Assembly: GCA_964512835.1 (NCBI GenBank)
Contig: CAZELA010000001.1
Span: forward strand, 489,372-553,371
Direction of reading: 5' to 3'
DNA: 64,000 nucleotides
Origin: an uncultured Candidatus Saccharibacteria bacterium
GTDB lineage: Bacteria; Patescibacteriota; Minisyncoccia; Phycocordibacterales; UBA2100
Part shown: positions 46,404-55,764 of the stretch, piece by piece
How the letters are laid out: the number at the start of each line of letters is the position of its first letter
Numbering within the stretch: the stretch's first letter is position 1
Notes under the pieces: model-generated
What the model was told of the DNA's origin: nothing
The model's input: the letters and a program-made list of their open reading frames with translations, nothing else
The model's database searches: none
Program-made: the position numbers and the translations under genes

Positions 46404-47483
46404 CTAAAAGCTGCTGTCCGTCGGAAGCAGTTCGTCGTCGGAGCGAAGAAGCGCCTCTCCGTAGAGATCCATATCATTGAGAATGATCGAGGTTCCCCGC
46501 ACGACTGCCGTGAGCGGATCAGATGCGACAGTAACGGGAACACCGAGATTGCGCGAGAAATATTCAGGCAGTCCCCTGATCAGGGCGCCGCCGCCCGCCA
46601 GATAAATGCCCCGCTGCATGATGTCTCCGACAATCTCCGGCGGCGTAGATTCGATGACCTCTTTAATCGAATCGACGAGTTCTTCAATTGAGTGTCCGAT
46701 CGCATTTCGGATGTCCTGATCCGAAATCATAATCTCGCGCGGAAGCCCGGTCACAAGGTCGCGGCCGCGAATGATTGCTTCGATACGATCCCGATTCAGC
46801 GCAACGGACGCGATCGCGATCTTGATCTCCTCGGCAGTCTTGTCTCCGATGAGCATTTTAAATTCGTTTCTGATGTGCGAGACGATATCCGCATTAAAGC
46901 GGTCGCCCGCAACGCGGACATTGCGTGCTGTTACGAGACCGCCGAGCGAAACGATACCGATATCTGTCGTGCCGCCGCCGATATCAACGATCATGCTGCC
47001 CGTGGGTTCATGGATCGGCAGCTCAATGCCTATCGCGGCCGCGAGCGGCTCTTCAATAATATGCACTTCACGGGCACCGGCCGCGCGAGCAGCATCACGC
47101 ACCGCGCGCACCTCGACGGAGGTGATGCCGGAGGGTACCCCGACCGCGACGCGCGGACCGAGAATCTTTGTCTTTCCCCCTTGCGCTTTATCAATGAGAT
47201 ACGACAGCATTTCCGACGTGACCTCGAAGTCCGAAATGACTCCGTCCACGACCGGCTGGACTGCCTGGATGTGCGACGGAGTGCGGCCGAGCATGTCCTT
47301 TGCGACCTGTCCGACGGCAACCACCTGCCCCGTCTTGGTGTTCACCGCAACAATGGACGGTTCATTTATGACGATGCCGCGGCCTCGCACATACACGAGC
47401 GTATTTGCAGTACCGAGGTCGATACCGATGTCATGCGAAAAATACCCGAGTACTTTATTTTTGAATTGCCGAAACGGTTCCAT
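46404..47483 (-). CDS. mreB: rod shape-determining protein MreB
   Basis: Actin-fold ATPase with the DIGIDLGTANTLVYV phosphate-1 motif; full-length match. Confidence 0.9.
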   Translation of the reverse strand: MEPFRQFKNKVLGYFSHDIGIDLGTANTLVYVRGRGIVINEPSIVAVNTKTGQVVAVGQVAKDMLGRTPSHIQAVQPVVDGVISDFEVTSEMLSYLIDKAQGGKTKILGPRVAVGVPSGITSVEVRAVRDAARAAGAREVHIIEEPLAAAIGIELPIHEPTGSMIVDIGGGTTDIGIVSLGGLVTARNVRVAGDRFNADIVSHIRNEFKMLIGDKTAEEIKIAIASVALNRDRIEAIIRGRDLVTGLPREIMISDQDIRNAIGHSIEELVDSIKEVIESTPPEIVGDIMQRGIYLAGGGALIRGLPEYFSRNLGVPVTVASDPLTAVVRGTSIILNDMDLYGEALLRSDDELLPTDSSF

Positions 47484-47502
47484 GGTGTCTCATTCGCGTC
47501 TG

Positions 47503-48756
47503 TTATTCGGTAAGATGCTCGATCACTTTGCTGTCTGCGAGGAAGGACGACGTGCCGGTCTTTCGGTCGGTCACTTCGACGCCGCCCTGTGCCATTGTCT
47601 TTTCGGACACGACGAGGCGCGTCGGAATCCCGATCAACTCCGCGTCAGCGAACTTCTCGCCTGCACGCAGGTCACGATCGTCAAATAACACTTCGATGCC
47701 GTGCTCTACCAACTCGTCGTAGAGGCGATTCGCCTCAATAGCAACGTCCTCGTTGCCGCCGGAGATCATCACGAGATGAACAGCAAACGGAGCGACGGCT
47801 TTGGGCCACACGATTCCCTTCTCGTCGGAGAATTTCTCAACGAGCACGCCCATGAGTCTCGTGATACCGATTCCGTACGAACCGATCCAAATCGGCGTGT
47901 CGTTTCCTTCGGCGTCCTTTGCTGAAAGTCCGAGATCGGTCGCTTTCTGCTGTCCGAAGTTAAAGATATTACCGACCTCCGCCGTGTTCACTTTTTCAAG
48001 CTCATCGCGCGACACACCGAGATCCTTGAGCGTCTCATCGTTCAGGACCTCTTCATTGATTGCAATACCCTTGGCACGATTAATGTATGTGATGTCCTCG
48101 CCCGCCTCACAGACGGTCTGGAATTCATGGCTGAACTTCGTGAATGCGCCGCCCGCCGCAAAGGTGATGTACGTATCGTCTCCGATACCCAATCGCTTGA
48201 ACACATTCATATATGCCGGCTTCGTCGCTTCGTAGTACGCGAGGTGCGTTTTCTCGTCGGCATTGAACGAGTACATATCTTTCATGACGAATTCGCGACC
48301 GCGCATGATGCCCGACTTCGCACGTTTTTCGTTGCGAAGCTTTGTCTGGAACTGATAGACCGAAATCGGCATATCCTTGTAGCTCGATATGTAGTTCTTC
48401 ATCATGTCTCCGATCGGCTCTTCGTGAGACCAACCGAACCCGACCTCGCCCCCGTCTTTCAGTTTTGATTTGAACCACACATCAACCGTTTCGTCGTCCC
48501 AGCGATGTGTGCGCTCCCACAAATCCTTACGCTGCAGCGCAGTCATAATTATTTCTTGCGAACCGATTGCATTCATTTCTTCCCGCGCAATCTGTTTTAT
48601 TTTTTCTAGCACACGCAGCCCGAGCGGCAAGTACGCATACACACCGGCCATCTCCTTATGAATATACCCGGCACGAATGAGCAGCTGTGCGTTTTTTGCG
48701 ACCTCGTCCTTGGGCGCCTCTTTGCGGGTTTTGGTGAAGAGCTGAGATTGGCGCAT
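47503..48756 (-). CDS. proS: prolyl-tRNA synthetase, short form lacking the INS editing domain
   Basis: Class II motifs and an anticodon-binding domain; about 417 aa. Confidence 0.85.
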   Translation of the reverse strand: MRQSQLFTKTRKEAPKDEVAKNAQLLIRAGYIHKEMAGVYAYLPLGLRVLEKIKQIAREEMNAIGSQEIIMTALQRKDLWERTHRWDDETVDVWFKSKLKDGGEVGFGWSHEEPIGDMMKNYISSYKDMPISVYQFQTKLRNEKRAKSGIMRGREFVMKDMYSFNADEKTHLAYYEATKPAYMNVFKRLGIGDDTYITFAAGGAFTKFSHEFQTVCEAGEDITYINRAKGIAINEEVLNDETLKDLGVSRDELEKVNTAEVGNIFNFGQQKATDLGLSAKDAEGNDTPIWIGSYGIGITRLMGVLVEKFSDEKGIVWPKAVAPFAVHLVMISGGNEDVAIEANRLYDELVEHGIEVLFDDRDLRAGEKFADAELIGIPTRLVVSEKTMAQGGVEVTDRKTGTSSFLADSKVIEHLTE

Positions 48757-48978
48757 AGAAAAGCAGTAGCGCACATAGTATCAGACACGGGCGCGCGGGC
48801 AAAAATAGCGAGGAATTTCGTGATGATTGCGACATGAAGGCGCATCTTGCCGCAAGCGGTAAATGTTGGTACAGTTTCCCCGACTTGCAGCTCTCGTGTG
48901 CAGATAGGTATCGCCCCGGCGACGAGCACACGGGCTGCAAATACGTTCATTTCGTTTTCCGGAAATCACAGAGATGAT

Positions 48979-49176
48979 CACATGACCAGTTGGAGAGATG
49001 ACGCCCACATGCAAACCATGCAGCAAGGCGGTACACGCAGTGTGTCGAAAGACGAAGCCGGCGTTATCCGTCGCTCGCAGCAGGAACAGCAGGAGCAACT
49101 GCAGCAGCAACAGCAGTCGCAGCATCGCAGCCCCGCTCACGAAGAGCAGCAGCGCAGCCAACAGGTACAAATGTGA
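48979..49176 (+). CDS. small Gln-rich hypothetical protein (CAG-repeat encoded)
   Basis: 66-aa ORF ending in QQEQQEQLQQQQQSQ...EEQQRSQQVQM, followed by a strong intrinsic terminator. The antisense Leu-rich ORF is an artefact. Confidence 0.3.
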   Translation, partial: HMTSWRDDAHMQTMQQGGTRSVSKDEAGVIRRSQQEQQEQLQQQQQSQHRSPAHEEQQRSQQVQM

Positions 49177-49229
49177 CGACGCTACTCGTTCGGGTAGCTG
49201 AATCGTCTCTCTGAGAGGAAGACAGTCAC

Positions 49230-49260
49230 AGCGGTCGGCTTCGGTCGACCGCTTTTTTTT
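49230..49260 (+). terminator. strong rho-independent terminator (plus strand)
   Basis: agcggtcg-gcttcggt-cgaccgct, an 8-bp stem followed by T8. Confidence 0.65.
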
Positions 49261-50332
49261 ATGCAATCAATCGTGCGATGTCGTGATACGTCACGGTGAC
49301 CATAAGCATGATCACGAGTGCGAGCCCGATCGCATTCACCAACTGCACCGCAATCTTCGGCGCGCGCTTTCGCAGGACCGCTTCAATGCCGACAATAAGC
49401 AACCGGCCACCGTCGAGCGCAGGAACCGGAATGAGGTTGATGATCGTGAGATTCACTGAAATGAACGCAGCGAGCGACAGGACGTAGCCCCACCCGTTGC
49501 TTGCAGCTTCACCGACGGCTGAGACAAGGCCGACAGGTCCGACGACGTCGGTGAGATCCGGCTTGCCATGAATCGCCTGAGAAACAATCGTGGTGAGACC
49601 CTGCCACACAACGACGAATGTATCCGCCGTTCGGGAAAGACCCGCCTGCATCGATCGGGAGAATCCCATTGATTCCGTTTCCGCGAGTAACAGACCCATG
49701 CCGACTGCCGGCCGACCTTCGCTACCCGGTATGATCGCGTGCGCGGGCCGCATGATCCCCGTCTTCAACTGCCCCTCATGAATAAATGAGACTTCGATTT
49801 CCTTGCCGGCACGAGAGCTCACGAAATCCGACACCGCCTCCGGAGTGAGGTCAAAGACAACAGCCTCACCTTCTCGAACGTTGGCGATTTCGTCGCCGAT
49901 CTTGAGACCTGCGGCATCGGCCGGGGAGGCCGGCACAACCTGAGAAACGATCAATTGCGTGTTCTCCCCCCGCACATCCACCGGATGCAGCACCCCTACC
50001 ATATATGCACCGCTAAACAGTACCCACGCAGCGAGTGCGTTCATCGTCACTCCGGCCACAAGAATAACCGCTTGTTTCCATCGGGGCGCGTCAGAGAAGC
50101 TGCCGTGACCATGCTCTTCCTCTTCGCCGAAGAGACGGACGAATCCGCCGAACGGTATCCAATTAAGCGTGTATTCGGTACCGCCGAACCGACCGAACAA
50201 AAAAGCGCGCGGCGGGTATCCGACGCCGAATTCCTCTACCTTTACACCGAATAGTTTAGCGGCGATGAAATGCCCGAACTCATGCACCACTATGAGAAAT
50301 ACGAGTATCGCAATGACCAGGAGTGCGGTCAT
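49259..50332 (-). CDS. rseP: RseP-like M50 site-2 protease with PDZ domain
   Basis: HEFGH in TM1, a PDZ segment GLKIGDEI, and NLIPVPALDGG. Confidence 0.8.
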   Translation of the reverse strand: MTALLVIAILVFLIVVHEFGHFIAAKLFGVKVEEFGVGYPPRAFLFGRFGGTEYTLNWIPFGGFVRLFGEEEEHGHGSFSDAPRWKQAVILVAGVTMNALAAWVLFSGAYMVGVLHPVDVRGENTQLIVSQVVPASPADAAGLKIGDEIANVREGEAVVFDLTPEAVSDFVSSRAGKEIEVSFIHEGQLKTGIMRPAHAIIPGSEGRPAVGMGLLLAETESMGFSRSMQAGLSRTADTFVVVWQGLTTIVSQAIHGKPDLTDVVGPVGLVSAVGEAASNGWGYVLSLAAFISVNLTIINLIPVPALDGGRLLIVGIEAVLRKRAPKIAVQLVNAIGLALVIMLMVTVTYHDIARLIA

Positions 50333-50334
50333 AG

Positions 50335-50886
50335 TTAGGACGTCATTTCAGTCTCTTTTGCATCGAATGCTTCCTCAAGCGCCTTATTGGTCTTGTCTAC
50401 TCGCTCCTGCAGATCTTCTTTGAGCGCAAATTTATCGTCTTCGGTGAGCGTTCCCTCCCGTTCCCGCTCTTGGATCACCTTCCACGATTCATCACGTGCG
50501 AGTCGAACCGACGTCCGGGCCTCTTCGAGCTTCTGTTTTGCAAATTTAACGAGTTCTGTGCGTCGCTCGCCGGTCAATTCCGGGAATGTGACACGAACCG
50601 ACGAGCCGTCGGATGCGGTGCCGACACCGAGATTAGCCGCGGTGATCGCTCGCTCTATGTCTTTGATGAGCGACGGATCATACGCACCGATCCTGATAGA
50701 TCGGGCGTCTTCGACGGAAATATTCCCGACCTGTTTCAGGGGTGTCATGGACCCGTATGCCGAGACTTGAACGTTGTCCAAAATCGCCGGCGTCGCGCGA
50801 CCGGTACGCAGCCCGCGATATTCCTTTTGCAACCACTCGATTGCAGCTTTCAATTTTTCGTCAACCGGTTTGAAATCGTAGTCCAT
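50335..50886 (-). CDS. frr: ribosome recycling factor
   Basis: 183 aa; full-length match including VRLARDESWKVIQER.... Confidence 0.9.
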   Translation of the reverse strand: MDYDFKPVDEKLKAAIEWLQKEYRGLRTGRATPAILDNVQVSAYGSMTPLKQVGNISVEDARSIRIGAYDPSLIKDIERAITAANLGVGTASDGSSVRVTFPELTGERRTELVKFAKQKLEEARTSVRLARDESWKVIQEREREGTLTEDDKFALKEDLQERVDKTNKALEEAFDAKETEMTS

Positions 50887-50934
50887 AGAATATTTGATTA
50901 ATTGGGATTATATCATCGGGTCAATAAATAAGTA

Positions 50935-51597
50935 CTAACACAAAAGAGCCACCTGCTCTAAGAGCGGTTTTAACAACGAGCCCTTATCTCCCGCATATGC
51001 GCGCGCACGATACACCGCATCGATGCCCTGTCGCGCATTGTTCATGGGTTTCAGCATGCGCTCCAGCGATGAAAGGAATGTGATGACGGCGGCAATATCG
51101 CGTTTATCGTCTTCGTCTTTCTCGAGCAGGGGCTTCAGCATCTCAATGCGCTCCCGGGGGGACGCTTTGAGGAATGCGGATGCGGATACAACGGACTGCT
51201 CCTGGTTCGGCAGTTCGATCATCTGCGCGCGGGAACGGAGCGTCGGCAAAAGCGCCGTCGGAGCTCCGGTCACCAGAAAGAAAAACGCACCTGCGGGCGG
51301 CTCTTCGAGAGTCTTTAGAAGCGCATTTTGTGCCTCTCCTGTTATGGCCGGAAATACGGCAATGAAAATGCGCTTGCCCTCACCGAGCGCGCGACCGTAT
51401 GCACGAGCAGACAATTCCCGCGCCTCGTCGATACCGAAGTGACGATAGATGCGAACGTACGCGTCGGGATTGCCCTCAACCGATATGCCTTCAGCCAAAA
51501 GAAGGCGGTAGAGTTCCGGGAGACTCGCTTCTCCACCTCGTACCACGTATGTATTGCCAGCGAGCATAATGCGGATAGTATACTCCCCGTATGGCAC
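50935..51597 (-). CDS. holB: DNA polymerase III subunit delta' (clamp-loader, degenerate P-loop)
   Basis: The sensor motif NALLKTLEEPP is characteristic of delta'/gamma-tau; about 210 aa. Confidence 0.6.
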   Translation of the reverse strand: MPYGEYTIRIMLAGNTYVVRGGEASLPELYRLLLAEGISVEGNPDAYVRIYRHFGIDEARELSARAYGRALGEGKRIFIAVFPAITGEAQNALLKTLEEPPAGAFFFLVTGAPTALLPTLRSRAQMIELPNQEQSVVSASAFLKASPRERIEMLKPLLEKDEDDKRDIAAVITFLSSLERMLKPMNNARQGIDAVYRARAYAGDKGSLLKPLLEQVALLC

Positions 51598-52160
51598 AGC
51601 CCAACGACGTTGAAAAATTCGCGCTCAAGGTGACCCGCGGTGTCGGCTCGCCGGTCTCTATCGTTGTTCACTCGATCCTGTTCGTCGTGAGCTTTGTCGT
51701 TTCTGCGGCCGGGTGGATATCTCTGGATCGAATGCTTCTCATATTGACGACCATCGTGTCACTCGAAGCGATCTATCTCGCGATATTCATTCAGATGACG
51801 ATCAACATCCAGAGCAAATCACTCGAGGCGGTTGAAAAAGACATCGACGAGATTCAAAAGGACGTCGAGGAGATCTCCGAAGACGTGGAGGAAATTCAAG
51901 AGGACGTGGAAGAAATTTCCGAGGACGTCGGAGAAATTTCCGAAGATGTTGATGAGATTCAGAAAGATGTCGATGAACTCCAGGAGGATGTGGAAGAAAT
52001 TTCCGAGGACGTGGAAGAACTCTCCGAAGAGGATGCCGCGGCCATTCACGAGGAAGCGCAAGAAGATGCCCGAAAGGCCGAACAGAAGCGCACGCTCGAG
52101 ACAATCCAAACCGACCTACGGAAACTCATGGAAGATATCGCAAAGCTCCAAAACAAATAA
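51591..52160 (+). CDS. DUF1003 membrane protein with acidic heptad-repeat coiled-coil tail
   Basis: Two N-terminal TM helices (SIVVHSILFVVSFVV...TIVSLEAIYLAIFIQM) are followed by nine EDVEEIS-type heptads. Confidence 0.55.
   Translation: MAQPNDVEKFALKVTRGVGSPVSIVVHSILFVVSFVVSAAGWISLDRMLLILTTIVSLEAIYLAIFIQMTINIQSKSLEAVEKDIDEIQKDVEEISEDVEEIQEDVEEISEDVGEISEDVDEIQKDVDELQEDVEEISEDVEELSEEDAAAIHEEAQEDARKAEQKRTLETIQTDLRKLMEDIAKLQNK
51840..52028 (+). repeat. intragenic tandem repeat, 9 x 21 bp
   Basis: Units gacgtggaagaaatttccgag and variants encode DVEEISE heptads. Confidence 0.8.
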
Positions 52161-52163
52161 AAA

Positions 52164-52187
52164 AAGCCGGGCTCGCGCCCGGCTTTT
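52164..52187. terminator. bidirectional intrinsic terminator
   Basis: aaaaagccgggc-tcgc-gcccggctttt, between convergent genes. Confidence 0.6.
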
Positions 52188-52204
52188 GAGTTGCAAAGGA
52201 TCGA

Positions 52205-52942
52205 TCACGACTTCTCGTCGAAGAAGTCGGTGCCCATGCGTTGCCACATCTGGACGAGCGCCATGCCGCCTTCGCGATAGCGCCGATTCAGGAACGACAA
52301 GATCCACGCGGAATCCCCCGTCGGCTCCAGGCCATAGGTCTCCTTGAATCGCTTGGGAAACCACTCGAGCTTCGCACACTTCTCCTTCGAGTCGTCATCG
52401 CTGAATTCAGGGTCGTAGCAGAAATTCTCGTACCACTCCTGTGCGCCGGACGAAACGGGCGTCGCAAACGGTGTCGTGAAGAGGTAGATGTTTGCACTCA
52501 GCGTGTCGCGAACGAAGCCGTAAATCGCGAAGCGCTTGATGCTTTCTCGAATGACAGGTTTCGCGAGCGTGTAGAACGACGAAAGCGTTGCCGGATCGGA
52601 CAGTGCCGATCTGATCAGCGGAAAGCGCTCTTCGTCGTCTTCGTTGCGGTCGACTCCAAGACGCTCAGCGAGCGTCTCGTACAAACGCGTGAACTTCGGA
52701 CCGACGCCGTCCTTTTTGCGGACGACCTCGAGATTGAGCCCGCGAATGACGGAAAGCAGATCGCGGGAAAAATCAACAGCGCCGGCGAACTTCTTCTCCA
52801 GGCGACCGATCAGCGTCTTTTGTGCGTCGATGCAGTCCTGTGCGGAATACGACGACAGTTCACATTGGCGCGGCTCGGCAGCGTACGTTGCTCCCGAAAA
52901 AAGACACGCGCCGAACAGACCGATGATAGCGATGCGAATCAT
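52205..52942 (-). CDS. secreted hypothetical protein
   Basis: Signal peptide MIRIAIIGLFGACLFSGATYAAEP; no recognised domain. Confidence 0.45.
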   Translation of the reverse strand: MIRIAIIGLFGACLFSGATYAAEPRQCELSSYSAQDCIDAQKTLIGRLEKKFAGAVDFSRDLLSVIRGLNLEVVRKKDGVGPKFTRLYETLAERLGVDRNEDDEERFPLIRSALSDPATLSSFYTLAKPVIRESIKRFAIYGFVRDTLSANIYLFTTPFATPVSSGAQEWYENFCYDPEFSDDDSKEKCAKLEWFPKRFKETYGLEPTGDSAWILSFLNRRYREGGMALVQMWQRMGTDFFDEKS

Positions 52943-53116
52943 GACGATTCTCCTTGCTGCACACATCTACGATGTGTTTCCGGGCAATTTATGTCATGAT
53001 TTTGCTCAACCGTCAATGTGTATGAAAAGCGGCTCAGTAGAGCCATTTATTGACTTTTTTAATATATATGGTACTATCCCGAATAGTTCAATCTCAGTCC
53101 ATCAGGGAGACGGACA

Positions 53117-53539
53117 ATGCTCGACTCGTCGTTTGTGGCGTCACAAGATCCGGAATCGCGTCATCAGGAGATCAAGATCGGCTGGATGTTGTTCATCCCG
53201 TCGTTCCTGCTGATCAGCGTTCCGTTCGCCTTCGTATTCGTCTATTCGCTCTACACCGGCCGCGACGAAAGTCAGCTGGTGATGCGGTTTTTGAACGAGT
53301 ACCACGTGGCACTCTTCATTCCGCTCATCGCTGTGCTCGCGACGCTCGCCGCCTCGATCTATCTGGTCATCGTGAAGGACGTCATCCGCATCCTGAAGTA
53401 CCGCCGCGAGCTCACTATCGCACGTCGCTACGACTTTGACGGCGCCCCGCTCTCGGACTCGAACACGACGGCCGCAATCCTCGTCGTCGGCACGCTTCTC
53501 GTCTTGAGCGCGATGATGTTCTTCCGAATCGGCGCCTAG
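53117..53539 (+). CDS. hypothetical membrane protein (4 TM)
   Basis: 140-aa hydrophobic ORF. Confidence 0.4.
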   Translation: MLDSSFVASQDPESRHQEIKIGWMLFIPSFLLISVPFAFVFVYSLYTGRDESQLVMRFLNEYHVALFIPLIAVLATLAASIYLVIVKDVIRILKYRRELTIARRYDFDGAPLSDSNTTAAILVVGTLLVLSAMMFFRIGA

Positions 53540-53594
53540 CCGACCAACAACGGACCTTCCGCATACTCGCGGAAGGTCCGAAACACTTCTACAC

Positions 53595-54611
53595 TTACCG
53601 CTTTGAAATGATCGCCTTCTTGTAGGTTTCCAAATGCTTCAGCGCCTCGCCCGTACCTTTAACCACACAAAACGGCGCATCCTTTGCCAAGCGCGCCTTT
53701 ACACCGGTGCGGCGAAAAATCAACTCCGGCAGATTGCGTAGCTGAGACGAACCGCCGGTCATTGTAATGCCGTTATCGATGATGTCAGCCGCGAGTTCCG
53801 GCGGTGTTTCCTGCAGCACATCCTTGATCGCATTCACCATCGTGCGAAGTTCCTTGCCGATGGCCCGCACAACTTCGTTGGTACCGACTTCGATCGATCG
53901 AGGAAGGCCCGTGAGGTGATCGCGCCCTTTGACGAGCATGGTGAGCTCTTCCTCAACCGGGACAGCCGAGCCGATATGAATTTTCAGCTCCTCGGCCATC
54001 TTGTCGCCGATCGCGAGATTGGATGATTTTTTTATATAGTCGGCGATCGCTCGGTCGATGCGGTTGCCGGCGCACTTTACCGACGTCGAGGCGACGATGC
54101 CGCCGAGCGAAATAACGGCGACGTCGGTCGTCCCGCCTCCGATGTCGACGATCATGTGGCCACGCGCTTCGTAGATCGGAATGCCTGCACCGATCGCTGC
54201 GAGGATCGGCTCTTTCACGACGTATGCTTCACGCGCGCCTGCTTTCGTCGCCGCCTCAACGACGGCGCGGCGCTCTGTGGATGTAACACCCGCAGGCACC
54301 GAGACCATGACTTCGGGTCGGAAAAAGTTGTATTTACCGAGCGCACGGCGGATGAAGTATCGCAGCATTGCTTCGGTCACACGATAATCCGCAATGACAC
54401 CGTCTTTCATCGGTCGATACGCAATGATCTCGTCGGGTGTTCGACCGATCATTTCTTTTGCTTCGTTCCCGATCGCGAGGATCTTATTGTCTCCCTGGGA
54501 GACGGCGACGACCGACGGCTCGTTGAGCACAATCCCCTTTCCCGGCACGAATACAAGCACCGTTGTGGTGCCGAGGTCGATGCCGAGTTTGGGAGCAAAT
54601 GTGAACGCCAT
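53595..54611 (-). CDS. MreB/Mbl-family actin-like protein (second paralog)
   Basis: KLGIDLGTTTVLVFV phosphate-1, DIGGGTTD phosphate-2 and an adenosine motif; about 46% identity to the mreB at 46404..47483 by eye. Start taken at MAFTFAPK. Confidence 0.75.
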   Translation of the reverse strand: MAFTFAPKLGIDLGTTTVLVFVPGKGIVLNEPSVVAVSQGDNKILAIGNEAKEMIGRTPDEIIAYRPMKDGVIADYRVTEAMLRYFIRRALGKYNFFRPEVMVSVPAGVTSTERRAVVEAATKAGAREAYVVKEPILAAIGAGIPIYEARGHMIVDIGGGTTDVAVISLGGIVASTSVKCAGNRIDRAIADYIKKSSNLAIGDKMAEELKIHIGSAVPVEEELTMLVKGRDHLTGLPRSIEVGTNEVVRAIGKELRTMVNAIKDVLQETPPELAADIIDNGITMTGGSSQLRNLPELIFRRTGVKARLAKDAPFCVVKGTGEALKHLETYKKAIISKR

Positions 54612-54650
54612 AGGTGGGGCGCATTGTACCCTACGCCGCTGAGCTTCCAA

Positions 54651-54750
54651 ATTATTCCCCGCGAACACGCTTCTGTCGGTTCATCTCGTCAAACTTCTTC
54701 TTTGACGCAGCCTTTGCTGCAGGCGTATGATTCTCGGGTTTAATTTCCCA
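54651..54750 (-). pseudogene. duplicated 3' fragment of the gene at 54817..55155
   Basis: About 85 bp at 54665..54748 are about 93% identical to 54830..54915. The fragment translates to WEIKPENHTPAAKAASKKKFDEMNRQKRVRGE* but lacks the upstream ORF. Confidence 0.5.
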
Positions 54751-54816
54751 TACCCCTCCGGGGCACGAGCGGAGGTAGACCCGAGCGTATATGCTCGGCA
54801 ATCTCAGTTGCACGCT

Positions 54817-55155
54817 CTATTCACTTCGCAAACGTTTCTGTCTGTTCATCTCGTCAAACTTCTTTTTTGATGCAGCCTTTGCTGCAGGCGTATGATTCTC
54901 GGGTTTAATTTCCCACCAAAACTTCTTCCCGAAGTTTGCAGAGTCGTCGCAGACCTTCTTTAAATAGTAGAGATCTTTGGTCGGAATCTGCTGCAAAAGC
55001 TTTCCCATGCGACCCATCGAGATCGGCGGTAGGCCGTCGGGCACCCGCGTTTTGTTGAGCTCCTGACAGAAATAACGCATCAGTTCACCTCGCTCCGTCT
55101 CATTGGTCTTTCGCTCCTGAAAATTGAGCTGAATGCCGATATGCTTCATGCGCAC
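54817..55155 (-). CDS. hypothetical basic protein
   Basis: 112 aa; the C-terminal FWWEIKPENHTPAAKAASKKKFDEMNRQKRLRSE is Lys-rich. Confidence 0.45.
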   Translation of the reverse strand: MRMKHIGIQLNFQERKTNETERGELMRYFCQELNKTRVPDGLPPISMGRMGKLLQQIPTKDLYYLKKVCDDSANFGKKFWWEIKPENHTPAAKAASKKKFDEMNRQKRLRSE

Positions 55156-55233
55156 ATTGTACGCGAGTTGCGGGTATTTCGTATTGCCAAGTACACCAAA
55201 AAACGTAATAGTGACGCTACATTACGTGCGTCT

Positions 55234-55764
55234 ATGCGAACAATCATCCCCGAGCACGATAACCCGGTCCTTCGATCGGTCGCAAAGGAAATTCCGGTCG
55301 ATGAGATCGGAACGCCTCAGCTACGCGCGCTCATAAACGACATGAAAAAACTCCTTTCAAAGGAGGAGTACGGTGTTGCACTTGCTGCCCCACAAATCGG
55401 AGAGTCGGTACGGCTTTTCATAGTGTCGGGCCGGGCCCTTGCCCGAGCCGCTCAGGACGAGGACGACGAGAGCGAACCGGTTCCGCTCCCCGACCAGGTG
55501 TATATCAATCCCGAAATCGTCTCTGTCTCGCGAAAAAAACTTGATAAACATGAAGGGTGTCTTTCGGTACGCGGGCAGTGGGGAATGGTACCCCGATCAG
55601 AAAAAGCGACCGTGCGCGCGTATGACGAGAACGGCAAACGCATCATGAGGGGTGCCTCCGGATTCCTTGCGCACATATTTCAGCACGAGATGGACCATCT
55701 CGAAGGAATCCTCTACACGGACAAAGCGGTTGAACTGTACGATGATGAACATGAGCGCTCCTAA
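55234..55764 (+). CDS. def: peptide deformylase
   Basis: GVALAAPQIG, EGCLS and QHEMDHLEG motifs. Confidence 0.85.
   Translation: MRTIIPEHDNPVLRSVAKEIPVDEIGTPQLRALINDMKKLLSKEEYGVALAAPQIGESVRLFIVSGRALARAAQDEDDESEPVPLPDQVYINPEIVSVSRKKLDKHEGCLSVRGQWGMVPRSEKATVRAYDENGKRIMRGASGFLAHIFQHEMDHLEGILYTDKAVELYDDEHERS

Noticed and set aside
48775-48980. T-box or riboswitch leader for proS on the minus strand
   Set aside because: No AGGGTGGNACCGCG T-box core or specifier-loop architecture was recognisable; the region more plausibly holds the proS promoter and the small CAG-rich unit.
48781-49266. 161-aa minus-strand ORF with poly-Leu tract
   Set aside because: It is antisense to the CAG repeat (CTG gives Leu) and runs through the plus-strand terminator, so it is an artefact.
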